A DNA stretch of 62,246 bases, filler included. It is 4 parts of 4 records of this genome, joined end to end, with 100 filler letters (N's around TTAATTAATTAA, not from the genome) between each part and the next. Parts side by side here need not be neighbours in the genome. Positions count along the whole stretch, not along the records: positions 12,324 to 38,367 come from SRR31147125_4545; 3 more parts are not named here. One strand, written 5' to 3'. Of this stretch, positions 24,061 to 35,990 are shown piece by piece. The position numbers and the translations under genes were made by a program. The notes beneath the pieces are model-generated. The model ran no database searches. It saw only the letters and a list, made by a program, of their open reading frames with translations, and was not told where the DNA came from. The first letter of the stretch is position 1; every line of letters begins with the position of its first letter.

Positions 24061-25263
24061 TCAAACAATACTGGCTCTCTGCATCACTTCCAGACAAGCC
24101 CTGACATTATGGTATGGTCCTTTCCATTCCGAAACCTTATATTCAAATAAATCAGGTTTATTATTTGGTAAAACTTTCCAGAACCATTCGCCTTTTTCTT
24201 TATCAATAATAGAGTTTTCTATAAATTCCCAGCATTTATAAGCAGCAATCAGAAAGGACTCATCTCCACAAAGTTGAAAAGCTGATAAAAAACCAACAAC
24301 CGCTTCTGCTTGCGGCCACCAATGTTTGTCTCTATCAATGATGTTACCGGCTTTTCCTTCATAAAATACGCCGCCATCAGGAGCCATACCATTTTTTAAG
24401 ACCTGATGCGCCATCCCAATTGCTATATTTTTTATATGTTTCAACAAATCAGCATCATCCAAAACCGTAGCCGCTTCATATAACAGCCAACTTCCCTCTA
24501 TATCATGGCCAAAAGAAATACGATTTGTTTTAGAGTGCCAAAATTCATCGAAAAATAAGCGAAAAAAATATACCTGACGATCGATGATATACTGTTGAAA
24601 AACATCAAGCAACCGTAAAAGGGCTGTTTTTAAATCCTTATCCGGCCACACGCGATAGAGATTCGTATAGGCCTCCAATACATGCAGATGCGTATTCATG
24701 GATTTTTTTTCAGCCATATCCTTATCGCTGAGTCTGAGATCCTGCGCAAGCGTCCAATCACGATCATAACTTTCAAAATAGCCACTGTTTATTTGATCAT
24801 AACTTTTTTTCTCAATCAGGCAAAATGTGTCTTTAGCCTTATTTAGGGCTTTTTCATGTCCAAAAGCACGAAAATATTCTACCATCGCATAAATAACAAA
24901 AGCCTGACCATATATTTTCTTTTTATCATCAAGTGGTTGTCCTTTATAGTCAACCGTCCAATAAAAGCCACCAAAGTTATAATCACAAAAATAATTCATA
25001 ACATATTCAAAAGCTCTGTCTGCAACCTCCCGATATTTTTGCTGCGGGAAAAACCGGTACATGGACGAAAAAGCCCACAAAAGTCGCGTATTTAAAATGA
25101 GTCCTTTGGGTGCTTGCTTTTCAATATCCAGATTATTTGCTATTCGACCATGAAATCCACCAAACGTATCATCAATCGAATATTGTAACCAAAATGGTAA
25201 AATATTATTAAATAATTCATTACGGGCTTTTTCCGCTAGAATATGTACGGCTTTATTATTCAT
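24061..25263 (-). CDS. Cellobiose/mannobiose 2-epimerase (AGE family)
   Basis: ILPFW, KKIYGQAF, KSMNTHLHVLEAY, SFGHDIEGSWL, WWPQAE and WKGPYHN. Confidence 0.92.
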   Translation of the reverse strand: MNNKAVHILAEKARNELFNNILPFWLQYSIDDTFGGFHGRIANNLDIEKQAPKGLILNTRLLWAFSSMYRFFPQQKYREVADRAFEYVMNYFCDYNFGGFYWTVDYKGQPLDDKKKIYGQAFVIYAMVEYFRAFGHEKALNKAKDTFCLIEKKSYDQINSGYFESYDRDWTLAQDLRLSDKDMAEKKSMNTHLHVLEAYTNLYRVWPDKDLKTALLRLLDVFQQYIIDRQVYFFRLFFDEFWHSKTNRISFGHDIEGSWLLYEAATVLDDADLLKHIKNIAIGMAHQVLKNGMAPDGGVFYEGKAGNIIDRDKHWWPQAEAVVGFLSAFQLCGDESFLIAAYKCWEFIENSIIDKEKGEWFWKVLPNNKPDLFEYKVSEWKGPYHNVRACLEVMQRASIV

Positions 25264-27085
25264 ATTTTATTTCAATTCTTGATATTTGAACCTCTGATCG
25301 TGCTTTAATTTTAATATATGAATTTCCCGGCGGTATTTCAGTGCTGCGAACCAATACGGGTTTCCAATATCCGTATTCACCGGTACCGGAATCAAAAGAC
25401 CTTTTATGGGATGATATGGATTGAAAAGATTTTTTATCCGCAGATACAGAAATGTCGAATGGCACAACCTCCTTTTCAAAAAATGCGTAAATATATAACG
25501 CCTTTATGTCGCCTGAAACGTTGTAAACCATAACGCCTTGTTTTGGGCACTTTGCCCGATGTAAATCCTCTTTAAATTTTCGAGCTTCTTTCATTTCCAG
25601 AGTCAGATGACCGTGTTGACTGTCCAGTTTTGAAAAATCTTTCAGTTCATCTACAAGGGTTAATCTTTCCACATAAATCGGTCCTACAATATTGGACGGA
25701 CCGGATTCGCCGGCACTATTGACGGCTTTTATTCGATAATAATAGGATTTCCCAATTTCAGCCGTATCATCATTAAACAATGGCCTGTACTGCGTTTCTG
25801 TTTCAATAACGTGATGATCTATTCGTTTCCATGGTCCATTTGCCGCCAGGGCCCGTTCAACAAGATAAAACCGTGCGCCTACCGATCCTTGCCAGGAAAT
25901 GCTGGCAATATCCTGAATGGGTAATAAAACCGGCGGATCCGGTAGAGAGAGCTCTGGAACCGGAAGCCCCTGAATGTCATACGCTTTTTGCCTCATCAAT
26001 TTACACAAATTGATTTCGTCATAAGGTTCACCTGTCGGAAAACCTGGCCATAAATAGGCTTTAAATAAATCACCACCATAGGGTTCAGAATGCCAGTAAA
26101 AGCCGCCATCCCTGTTTCGGAACCGCAGGCTCCAAATTAATCCACCTGACAAGCCCTCATCTGCAATACATGCTAAAACTCTCTTGACGCCTGGTGTATC
26201 AATAAAGCCAAATTCTCCGATAAAATAGGGCTTTTTACCCTTTACCATTTTTTGATTTTCTTTCACAAAATCAATAATTTGCTGCGGATCTTTTTGATAA
26301 TGATGTGTTGTCACAATATCCACTAACGGATCGTCGACAGATTCCTGTCTCAACTCACTGGTATGAAAACCATCGATAACAAGGTGATTTTTATCAAGAC
26401 TTTTAATATGTGAAATAATTTTACGGGTCCATTCATGTGGACATTGCAGCTCATTGCCGGTTTCCCAGGCCAGAATGGCCTTGTCATCTTTGTATTTGAT
26501 GTTTGTAATGGTATTTTTACGATTAATTAAAAAAGAAATCGTCTTTTTAAAATCCTCGATGATCTGAGAATCTGTCCAGAATTCATCTTTTTTCTTTCCG
26601 CGAAACTGCTCATATTCGGCTCTACCACCCCACCAACTCCAGTTATCAACAAAGGGTATTATAACGCGAATTCCAATTCTATTGGCTTGCTCCATAACTT
26701 TATCCAGAGCACGAAAAGCCTCTTCATTAAACTCACCAGGTCCGAGAACATGACGCGGAATATCTTTTGTATCCGCTTCTTTTTTTACGGAAAGCGTATA
26801 AATCCGTACAACCTGCCCTCCTGCCTGTTTCACAGCTTTCAGGGCATCAACAATTTCAAACTCATTCGGCAAGCGCCAGGCATTTGTCCCGGTGAATGGC
26901 ACATTGTCTTCAATATAATGTAAATTGGGTATGTTAAAAGAAATAAAGCGAACCTCTTTTTGACCATCCATTAATTTATCACCTTTGCTTGTGATAAAAT
27001 GAGTAAAATCGGAATCGGCATATAATAAAGTTCCTGACAACCCCATATAAAGGATCAGACAGATATATGACAACATTCTTTTCAT
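25256..27085 (-). CDS. GH5 endo-beta-1,4-mannanase-like protein with an FN3 domain
   Basis: Signal peptide; VVRIYTLS, YKDDKAILAWETGNE and KPYFIGEFG; FN3 YYYRIKAVN. Confidence 0.85.
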   Translation of the reverse strand: MKRMLSYICLILYMGLSGTLLYADSDFTHFITSKGDKLMDGQKEVRFISFNIPNLHYIEDNVPFTGTNAWRLPNEFEIVDALKAVKQAGGQVVRIYTLSVKKEADTKDIPRHVLGPGEFNEEAFRALDKVMEQANRIGIRVIIPFVDNWSWWGGRAEYEQFRGKKKDEFWTDSQIIEDFKKTISFLINRKNTITNIKYKDDKAILAWETGNELQCPHEWTRKIISHIKSLDKNHLVIDGFHTSELRQESVDDPLVDIVTTHHYQKDPQQIIDFVKENQKMVKGKKPYFIGEFGFIDTPGVKRVLACIADEGLSGGLIWSLRFRNRDGGFYWHSEPYGGDLFKAYLWPGFPTGEPYDEINLCKLMRQKAYDIQGLPVPELSLPDPPVLLPIQDIASISWQGSVGARFYLVERALAANGPWKRIDHHVIETETQYRPLFNDDTAEIGKSYYYRIKAVNSAGESGPSNIVGPIYVERLTLVDELKDFSKLDSQHGHLTLEMKEARKFKEDLHRAKCPKQGVMVYNVSGDIKALYIYAFFEKEVVPFDISVSADKKSFQSISSHKRSFDSGTGEYGYWKPVLVRSTEIPPGNSYIKIKARSEVQISRIEIKYE

Positions 27086-27086
27086 T

Positions 27087-28881
27087 CTAATTCTCCTCCA
27101 GTTTATCGTACCAGTTTTTCTTTAAAAAGACAGATGAAACAACAAGAATGACAATAGAGACAAACAACGGCATTTTTTCTTTTATCACCAGATAAACCGG
27201 AATGATAACCAACGACATCTGCCAGGTTATACCCACAGCCACATTGATCATATCGCGCAGGAAATTCTTGTTACGTTTAAAATTCGGATTATTCTTCACA
27301 ACCGTCTTATGAACGGGTTTCCAAAAACCCCATGGACGCACATGAGTGTAAAAATCTTTCAGTAATTTTTCATCTTCAGGTTGCGTCAAAAGACTGGCAG
27401 TAATGCTGGCAACTGCGGAAATCAACAAAATAAATGGAAAACTATAAAGAGCGCTGAGTGATGGGATTAAAAGCGGAAAAATAATAGCAGCCATTGTTCC
27501 TGAAATCATTCCCCAGAAATATCCATTTCCATTCAAGCGCCACCAATACCATTTCAATACGTTCGGAGCTGTATAGCCACCGTAGAGACCGGCAAACAAC
27601 CATTGCATGACTGTATTTATGGATGTGGCCTTTAGGCCAAAAAGGATTCCAATAACAACCAGAGCGATAGAACTGATATAACTGAGCATAACATATTTTT
27701 TATCCGAAGCATTGGGATTGATATAACGTTTATAGATATCATTAACAATATAAGCTGCACCAGCATTCACAGTAGCATCAAATGTGGACATGAACGCAGC
27801 GAGAAGACCGGCCAATAAGAGTCCCAATAAACCACTAGGAATAAAGTTGTTTACAATATAAGGCAGAATCATTTCAAAATCGATGCCAGGCCCCATAGCC
27901 TGTAATTCAGGACTAAAGTATACAAGAGCCAGTACGGTAATGCCTGCCACCATAATCCAGCGAGGGAAAAGACAGACAGAAACAATAGCGCTCATGAGCG
28001 CCGATTCTTTGGGCTTGCGAGTTGCAAGAACACGTTGCATATCATAATTAGGAGCAGGCCCTGCCATGCTTTGAAGCGCACCTTTAAAAAGCATCATCAT
28101 GATTACAATGGTAAAAAATGAATAACCATCCTGGACAATCTTATCGTTAACCGTGGCAATCAAACCACTCCAATCCAGATCAAATTTCCATTCGAAAAAA
28201 ATTTTTTTCCACCCTTCCGGAATAACCGTATTCAACTCATGTGGACCAACCTTTGTCATGGCTATAATGCCAATAAAAATGGATGCAATGCCAAGAATGG
28301 TAAACTGAAGTAAATCCGTTAACACAACGCTATACATACCACCGACAATAACATAAATAGTTGTAATGCTCATAAAAATAATAGCATAAGTATTCGGTGT
28401 CAGATCCCAGGAAAAAAACAGAAGCAAATTTGCCGATACCCTGAAAGGCATAACTTAGAAAACCAATCACACTAACGAGAGCAAAGACTACAACACTGAT
28501 TCGTGATAGCTCACCTCCCCGTCCTGTGCCAAATCGGGTAGAAATCCATTCAGCACCGGTCAGAACATTAGAGCGACGAATCCAAACAGCCAGATAAACC
28601 ATGAGAAAAATCTGATTAAAAGTTGGCCAAAGCCAGGGAAGCCAACATCCTTTTAGCCCATACACAAAGAGAATATAAACCAGCCACATGGTACCGGTTA
28701 TGTCAAACATGGATGAGGCGTTTGCGATACCCAGCATATACCAGGGTAGTGTTTTGCCGCCTAAAAAATAAGAATCCATATTTTGACCTGCTCTACGTGA
28801 TACCCAAAATCCAATAAACACCACTATCACCAGGTACAAGGCAATGATACCAATATCGACAACCTGATATTGCATGGACAC
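27087..28881 (-). CDS. Sodium:solute symporter (SSS family), frameshifted at about 28410-28418
   Basis: YFLGGKTLPW, SMFDITGTMW, GGMYSVVLTD, YDMQRVL and AAFMST; many TM helices across the two ORFs. Confidence 0.88.
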
Positions 28882-28929
28882 GTCTCCTTTTCAAATACTG
28901 TAGATGTACACCATAATAACTGATTACTT

Positions 28930-28943
28930 CGAAACCGTTTTCG
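28930..28943. promoter_or_regulatory. LacI-type operator upstream of the SSS-GH5-epimerase-GH130 operon
   Basis: CGAAACCGTTTTCG, about 50 bp upstream of the start codon. Confidence 0.75.
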
Positions 28944-29387
28944 TAAAGCGTGATAAATATCATCATTTTTACTAAATTTTCCAATTAAAAAAATTAAAAA
29001 TGCAATGTTCCAATACATTTAAACATCATTATTTGGGTAATACATCAGATACTTCTTTAAAAGTGACCAAGGGAAGGTGATTAATTTTGTAATCTATTTC
29101 TAAATATTTCGAAACGAAATCGATAAATTGAAAAAAAATGAAAATTATCAGATAAAAACAATAGTAAAGTGAATAATTTGTCGAATCTAACTTTCGAATT
29201 AACAGTCCTGACAAAATTCGTGAATAATTATCGGATTTTTACTCTTTTTTATTTCTATTTAATCTACAATCACATCAAATCTATCTTATTATTATTATTT
29301 ACCTTAGTTTAATTTAAAAACATATAGTTCTTTTCGGCACATTCCTTGACTAAGATAAGTATAATTAGAATCGTGTCGGAGTAACAT

Positions 29388-32291
29388 TTGCTAAAAAATA
29401 GTATTAAAATATTTGTCACAATGTGTGTAATTAGTACTTTATTTATCCATTTTCTTAACTCGGAAATAAAAAGTGCCGTAAAAGTAAATCACCACACAAT
29501 GCCTGCAAAAGATGAAATTGTACCCGGAAGAATCCTTGTCAAGCTGAAAAGTAACATTAACAAATCGATGAATATGTTAAATCAAAATAGTGATACGTTC
29601 CCTAAAAATCCATCAATACAAAAGCTATTTAATGCTTTTTCTGTCTACAGTATCCAAAAAGTCTTTCCCACTGAATTAAAGCCAAAATCAACAGGTTTTC
29701 CGGATTTGTCAAATATTTTTGATTTACGTTTCGATACAATTAATGATCCAAAAATAGTTGCAGAATTATTCTCAAAAGATCCAAACGTAGAATATGCAGA
29801 ACCTCAATTTATTTATTATCTTACTAATGGCCCCAACGACACTTTTTTTGCTTCTCAATATTACCTGCAAACTATTGAAGCTTTGTCTGCCTGGAATATC
29901 CAACAAGGTGATTCAAATGTTGTTATAGCGATTGTGGATACAGGCGTGGAATGGAATCATCCGGACCTGGCAGCAAACATCTGGAAAAATCCCGGTGAAA
30001 TCCCGCAAAATGGAATCGATGACGACAACAATGGATATATAGACGACATAAGGGGCTGGGATTTTGGAGGCAATGATAATGATCCTGCCAACGATAACGA
30101 TCAATTTATTGCCAGTCATGGTACCTGGGTTGCCGGCACAGCATCAGCCGTTACAAACAATAATGCAGGAATAGCTGGGATCGGGTATAGATGCAGAATT
30201 ATGCCTGTAAAGGCAGTTTCTGAGAATGCTGAAAGCCAGGCAAAAATCTCATTTGGCATGCTAGGTATCAAGTATGCCGCTGAAAATGGAGCTGACATAA
30301 TAAATGTGAGCTTTGGTGGACCAACTTTTTCAAAATTTGCACGGGATGTTATGAAATTTGCACAAGCGAAAGGATGCCTGATTGTAGCTGCAGCTGGTAA
30401 TGAGAATAGTGAAAAGCCCTTTTTCCCTGCCGCCTATCCTGAGGTTCTTTCAGTGACAGCGACTGATGAAAATGATCAGGTAGCCGATTTTTCGAATTTT
30501 GGGGACTGGATTGATATCTGTGCACCTGGAGTAGGAATCCTTACAACTTCACGAAACGCCGAATATGAAATTGTTAGTGGAACATCCATCTCTGCCCCAT
30601 TAGTCAGTGGTGTCGCAGCTCTACTGAAATCACAATATCCTAATTTAACACCTGATGAAATAAAGGAACAAATGAGAGTTACAGCTGATAAATTGGATAA
30701 TATAGATTCTCACACCACTAACAAGCACACGTTCGGTCGCCTTAATGCCTTTAAATCCTTCACAGGATTACTCCCTTCAATTCAAATTACAGATACGGAT
30801 ATTCACAAAATAATGCCAGATAAAAATGAAATATATAGCTCATCTGAAACATATGAAATAGTACTCACATTTAAAAATTTTCTTGCCGATGCGAACAGCA
30901 TTAATTATATATTAAATACCTCTGATAAATATACAACAATTTTAAATTCTCACTCACATATTGCAACGATAAATCGTGGGGAAAGCAAGAAAAATCAGAA
31001 CAATCCGTTTTCTTTTTTCCTTAGTCCTGATACACCCATTAACCACCATATCGATTTTTTTATTGACATCCATGCGAATAATAACTCTTATTTTGAACGT
31101 ATTCATTTTCCCGTTGTTATTACTCCCCTGCATGAAAATCACAATAATGGTAATATAATATTAACTGTTACAGCAGAGGGAAATCTGGGATTTAGCGATT
31201 ATCCTGATAATAAGGAAGGCAGTGGATTTATTTTTAACGGTGATGGTAAGAACTTGTTATTTGAAGGTGCATTTTTAGCAGGAGTCAGCCCAATTAATGT
31301 TTCAGACGTTGCAAGAAATAGTTATATAAAAAAGCGAGATCATGATTTTGGTATTATTCCCGGTGGGAATTTGGTATTGCAAAAATCTGATGAATTCGCT
31401 ATCCAACAAACAGTCGCTCAATTTCAGGACAAACGTTTTGGATATTATAATTCTGGAATAAAAGTCACTCAGGAGAGTTTCAGTTATCCAAATCCACCAC
31501 ATGATGACTATGTGCTTTTAAAATATACGATTGAAAACGTCAAAACAGATGAGAAAATCGAGAATTTATACACTGGTCTGTTTCTCGATTGGAACATCGC
31601 TGAAAATCACACTAACACCAACCTGGTAGACTTTGATCGGGACCACAATTTTGGATATATGTACTCGGAAACCTCTCCAGTTTACTGTGGTGTCAAAGTA
31701 TTAAATGGCATAGGTGCAACCAGTTATCGGGCCATCGATAATAAGATCGACTTGAATGATAATTCAGGATTTACGGACGGTAAAAAGTTTAAATATTTAA
31801 GTGAAGGATTTAAAAAAACAAAAATTGAAACACCTGGTGATTTTTCTCATTTAATTTCGACAGGTCCCTTTTTTATTAATCCAGGTGAAAAAGTCGTGGC
31901 TGGTTTTGCAATTCTTGCTGGTAATAATCTTGAAGATTTAAAAAATAATGCGCGAGCAGCCCAGGAAAAATGGGAGGAAAATGAGGGAAAATATCTTCCT
32001 GGTAATCCCCCTATGGATTTCATTTTAAAACAAAATTACCCTAATCCTTTTAATGCGTCAACAAATATTTCATTTAATGTCCCGCAATTGTCCAGAGTGA
32101 ATATTGAGATTTACAATGTACTGGGCCAGAAAGTAATAACATTAAAAGATGATGCTACCAGGAAGGGATCGCATTTGATAACATGGAATGGCAAAGATAA
32201 AAACGGTATTCAAGTGGCAGACGGTGTGTATTTTGTGCAAATGCGCACAGAGGGAGTTAAACAGACAACAAAAATGATTTTGATTCCTTAA
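29388..32291 (+). CDS. S8 subtilisin-like serine peptidase with a C-terminal sorting/FlgD-Ig domain
   Basis: Catalytic triad IVDTG, HGTWVAG and SGTSISAP; AAAGN; LKQNYPNPFN. Confidence 0.92.
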   Translation: MLKNSIKIFVTMCVISTLFIHFLNSEIKSAVKVNHHTMPAKDEIVPGRILVKLKSNINKSMNMLNQNSDTFPKNPSIQKLFNAFSVYSIQKVFPTELKPKSTGFPDLSNIFDLRFDTINDPKIVAELFSKDPNVEYAEPQFIYYLTNGPNDTFFASQYYLQTIEALSAWNIQQGDSNVVIAIVDTGVEWNHPDLAANIWKNPGEIPQNGIDDDNNGYIDDIRGWDFGGNDNDPANDNDQFIASHGTWVAGTASAVTNNNAGIAGIGYRCRIMPVKAVSENAESQAKISFGMLGIKYAAENGADIINVSFGGPTFSKFARDVMKFAQAKGCLIVAAAGNENSEKPFFPAAYPEVLSVTATDENDQVADFSNFGDWIDICAPGVGILTTSRNAEYEIVSGTSISAPLVSGVAALLKSQYPNLTPDEIKEQMRVTADKLDNIDSHTTNKHTFGRLNAFKSFTGLLPSIQITDTDIHKIMPDKNEIYSSSETYEIVLTFKNFLADANSINYILNTSDKYTTILNSHSHIATINRGESKKNQNNPFSFFLSPDTPINHHIDFFIDIHANNNSYFERIHFPVVITPLHENHNNGNIILTVTAEGNLGFSDYPDNKEGSGFIFNGDGKNLLFEGAFLAGVSPINVSDVARNSYIKKRDHDFGIIPGGNLVLQKSDEFAIQQTVAQFQDKRFGYYNSGIKVTQESFSYPNPPHDDYVLLKYTIENVKTDEKIENLYTGLFLDWNIAENHTNTNLVDFDRDHNFGYMYSETSPVYCGVKVLNGIGATSYRAIDNKIDLNDNSGFTDGKKFKYLSEGFKKTKIETPGDFSHLISTGPFFINPGEKVVAGFAILAGNNLEDLKNNARAAQEKWEENEGKYLPGNPPMDFILKQNYPNPFNASTNISFNVPQLSRVNIEIYNVLGQKVITLKDDATRKGSHLITWNGKDKNGIQVADGVYFVQMRTEGVKQTTKMILIP

Positions 32292-32339
32292 AAGCATTCA
32301 TTTGTTTAATGACTCCCTCACACATTTTAAACAAGACAA

Positions 32340-35300
32340 CTAGAATTTCATTTTAATTGTCTTTATTTCAAAAGGACTAAAATCTAATTTCACACATCCA
32401 TCACTCTTTTCCAGTTCCTCTATATCTGTTTCCATTAAATCCGTTGCATAAACGCTTGGTTCAGCCAGGCTAAATCTCACATTTACTTTAGCTTGCTTTC
32501 CAAAAGATTCAACCAGTCGCAGAATCAGCGCATCTTCTTTTTCCGCTTTTTTCACACATTCCACGACGACCTGTTCATTGCTGAGTGCGAATGGAAATGA
32601 AAAATCAGTTTTTGTTTTTCCGTTAAAAACCAAAGGAGGTTGATTAAGCATGGCAGCTTCCGCAATAACATTGGATTTTAAATGATCTCCTTCATGAGGT
32701 AACAAGCTGTATGTGAACTCGTGTTCTCTTTTATCCGCAGAAGGATCAGGCCATGTGGAAGAACGTAACAAATTCAAATCAATAACATTATCATGGATTT
32801 TGTGCCCATACTTGCAATTATTTAACAAGGCAACACCATAATCGTAATCTGAAAGATCAGCATATTGGTGAGCGCACACTTCAAACTTTGCCATGTCCCA
32901 ACTGGTATTCCGATGTGTCGGGCGCTTTATATAACCATATTGAATATCAAAAGTAGCTGATTCAGCATGAATCGTTGTAGGAAATGCGACCCGTAACATT
33001 TTATGTGACTCGTTCCACTTTACTTTTGTCTCAAAATCCAGTTTTTTACTGTTGCGATGCAAAAAGATTTTTTGCTCGATAATGGAAGAGCCAATGGAAA
33101 ATGTAAATCGAATTCCATCACGTACCTCACCCTGACAAATCCATTCTTTTTCCATCAACCTGGCTTGTTCTAGTAACTGATTTTCGTAATATATTTCAAT
33201 ATCCCAGGCATCCCACATTAACGGTCTGTCTTCATACAAGCTAAACACATTCCCGTGCAGGCCTTCTTGCAGAACGTGTCGAGAAACTTCTTTGTCATAG
33301 GCGCAACTTATTGTACCGTTGGTATCAAACTCGTATCGAATCTTTTCATTTTCCAATACAAAAAGTTCTTTAATCGTCGCTAAATTAGAAGGTATCGACT
33401 CTTTTCGTTCCAGCGTTAACGCTGTCATGGGTGGAATTTCCACATAGGCGACTGATTTTTCACCTTCCAGTTGAACAGGTAACACTGTCCCATCTGTATA
33501 ACTGACCTGAAAGCCGAACCACGGGATCGGCAATTCTACAACACCTGCAAAAGTATGAGACAATGAGTTAAAAACAGTCAATTTATTTTTGTCGTTTTCA
33601 AAAAGTCTTAGTCCAACCTGTTGCTTTAGATTCTCAGCCTGAGCTAACAAGTCGTGATAATCTTTTGTTGACTGTTCATAAACAGGGGGAATAGAAGAAC
33701 CAGGTATAATATCATGAAATTGATTAATAAGAATCTTTTTCCACATTGTTTCAAACTCTGATGTTGGATATTCATCAAACGGCAGTAATGAATATAACAT
33801 CTCCAGTTCGCGCATTTTTATTTCTAAAAGCCGATTCATTTTTTTATTATAAGCGTGGTTGGTCAATGTACCACGATGTAATTCCAGATAAAGTTCTCCC
33901 ACCCATTTGGGCAGCAGATCCTTTTTTTCTTGCAAACGTTGCAGCATATCTTGTGCATGGCCAAAATGCAATTGCGGTGATCCTTCCAGATTTTGCTGAC
34001 GAATTCCAGCCTCAATAAATTCATCTGTTGGTCCTCCGCCTCCATCACCAATACCAAAAAGAGTCAAAAACTCATCTAAATAAGCCTTTTCATCAAAATT
34101 TTCTTCAGCCCGTATTAATTGCGAAGGAGCCAGTTCGCTGTTATAATTATCCTCTGGAGGAAAATGAGTTAAAACCGTACTACCATCAATTCCCTGCCAG
34201 ATAAAAGTATGATGGGGAAAACGATTGAATTGATTCCAGGATATTTTTTGGGTGATAAAAGAGTCAATACCACTTTTACGCAATATTTGCGGCAGCGCGG
34301 CGGAATATCCAAAAACATCTGGCAACCATAAATTATTAACATCAACTCCAAATTCATCCTTGAAAAAATTCTTACCGTGTAAGATTTGCCGGACCATGGA
34401 TTCACCACTGATCAAATTACAATCCGCTTCAACCCACATACCTCCCTGTAATTCCCAGCGTCCTTCAGCTACTTTTTCCTTTATTTTAGCATATAAATCC
34501 GGATAATGTTCTTTTACAAACATATAATGTTGTGGCTGCGATGCACCAAACACATAGTCCGGATATTTGTCCAAAAGGTCAATCTGTGCCGCAAAAGTAC
34601 GGGCACATTTTCGGATCGCCTCGTGAACCGGCCATAACCATGCTGTGTCAATGTGAGCGTGTCCCACTGCTTGTGTTTTTAATTGGGACGCTGTTGCCGG
34701 TTTCTTTAATTCATTTTTCAATATCTTTCTTGCTTTATCTACAGCTGGAGATCCAGAGTTAAATATATCTATAGCCTGATTCAAGGCTCTTAAAATCCTG
34801 GCACGACGCACAGAATTGACGGGTATATTTTTCATTAAACCATTTAAAACAAAACAATCCAGGTACAATTGCCAGATATCGTCTCGGAAAAGACATAATT
34901 CAACAGCATTAATCGTGGCTTTATAGTTACCATACATTATTGAGAGCTGATCTCCCTCATCTCTTTTCAATTCTACGCCAAAAAGTTGTGCCGCACTGGC
35001 TTCAATCCATAAATCAACAGCCTCTCCACCTTTTGCTGTATCAATTATATCCACTTTTTCCCGGGAAAATTTCCTGTCATCCCAAATTGAGTGAAAGCTG
35101 ATTGCAGTAAAGGGTGTTCCATCATGTGAATAGACCAAACCCTCTCCGCCCAGATTTAGCCTGGCACAAACATGCTTACCCCTCCACTCAACCGGAACCT
35201 GACCAGTGATATGAAACCAGGTTCGTTGCCAGTCCTGCCCCCAGGTCTCCCCTTTTTGGATCAATTTATATTCACCGTCCAAACGATGCTCAAATTTTAC

Positions 35301-35423
35301 CATTGGATCAAACTTGCAATATCTGGCTACGAGTTCTGTTTTTTCCTCATAAATGTGAGATTTTAGTCTATTTATAAATACCAGAATTCGTTCTTCGTAT
35401 AATTTTCGTTCATTGTCGGTCAT
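32340..35423 (-). CDS. GH38 alpha-mannosidase
   Basis: GHAHIDTAWLWP, GGMWVEAD, WLPDVFGYS, GDGGGGP, GELYLELHRG and NQFHDIIPGS. Confidence 0.93.
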   Translation of the reverse strand: MTDNERKLYEERILVFINRLKSHIYEEKTELVARYCKFDPMVKFEHRLDGEYKLIQKGETWGQDWQRTWFHITGQVPVEWRGKHVCARLNLGGEGLVYSHDGTPFTAISFHSIWDDRKFSREKVDIIDTAKGGEAVDLWIEASAAQLFGVELKRDEGDQLSIMYGNYKATINAVELCLFRDDIWQLYLDCFVLNGLMKNIPVNSVRRARILRALNQAIDIFNSGSPAVDKARKILKNELKKPATASQLKTQAVGHAHIDTAWLWPVHEAIRKCARTFAAQIDLLDKYPDYVFGASQPQHYMFVKEHYPDLYAKIKEKVAEGRWELQGGMWVEADCNLISGESMVRQILHGKNFFKDEFGVDVNNLWLPDVFGYSAALPQILRKSGIDSFITQKISWNQFNRFPHHTFIWQGIDGSTVLTHFPPEDNYNSELAPSQLIRAEENFDEKAYLDEFLTLFGIGDGGGGPTDEFIEAGIRQQNLEGSPQLHFGHAQDMLQRLQEKKDLLPKWVGELYLELHRGTLTNHAYNKKMNRLLEIKMRELEMLYSLLPFDEYPTSEFETMWKKILINQFHDIIPGSSIPPVYEQSTKDYHDLLAQAENLKQQVGLRLFENDKNKLTVFNSLSHTFAGVVELPIPWFGFQVSYTDGTVLPVQLEGEKSVAYVEIPPMTALTLERKESIPSNLATIKELFVLENEKIRYEFDTNGTISCAYDKEVSRHVLQEGLHGNVFSLYEDRPLMWDAWDIEIYYENQLLEQARLMEKEWICQGEVRDGIRFTFSIGSSIIEQKIFLHRNSKKLDFETKVKWNESHKMLRVAFPTTIHAESATFDIQYGYIKRPTHRNTSWDMAKFEVCAHQYADLSDYDYGVALLNNCKYGHKIHDNVIDLNLLRSSTWPDPSADKREHEFTYSLLPHEGDHLKSNVIAEAAMLNQPPLVFNGKTKTDFSFPFALSNEQVVVECVKKAEKEDALILRLVESFGKQAKVNVRFSLAEPSVYATDLMETDIEELEKSDGCVKLDFSPFEIKTIKMKF

Positions 35424-35990
35424 TTCTTCTTCGCTGTCCTTACAGATTATTGAATATCCATTGTACTAAAAGAGTGGAATATAATAAAAATGGACCTAAA
35501 ATCCGACTATTTGTTTTATAAAATAATTATTATTTATTTCTTTTCCTAAAAGGAGTGCCATTGGCATCAATAATTATCATCCTTTAACATATTTATTTGT
35601 GCTGGCAGTTTCCTCATCCGTATCTGCGAAAAATGGTAAAGTAACACAGAAAAGACACTATCCATTTATCCTGATTTCAAAAGACATCCGAGGATCTCTT
35701 CCTATAATTGCTTCTTTTTACTACAAGTACGTTAATAAAAACGGAAATAGATTCTGCATATGATAGATTTGAACTGTTTTTCGATTTTAATTAAAAGATA
35801 GGTTTTGAAATTTAATAATGTGGTAATTTTAGAGGTATACATGATATTTACAAAGTGATTTACAAGAGTGGCACAAACTTAAAATCATTAAAATGCATGT
35901 TATTTCAAATAAAATCAAAGTCTTGCAAATAATTAAATTTGATATCCCATAGAAGCTTAAAGATAATCACCTCAAAAAGAACGTGTACAA

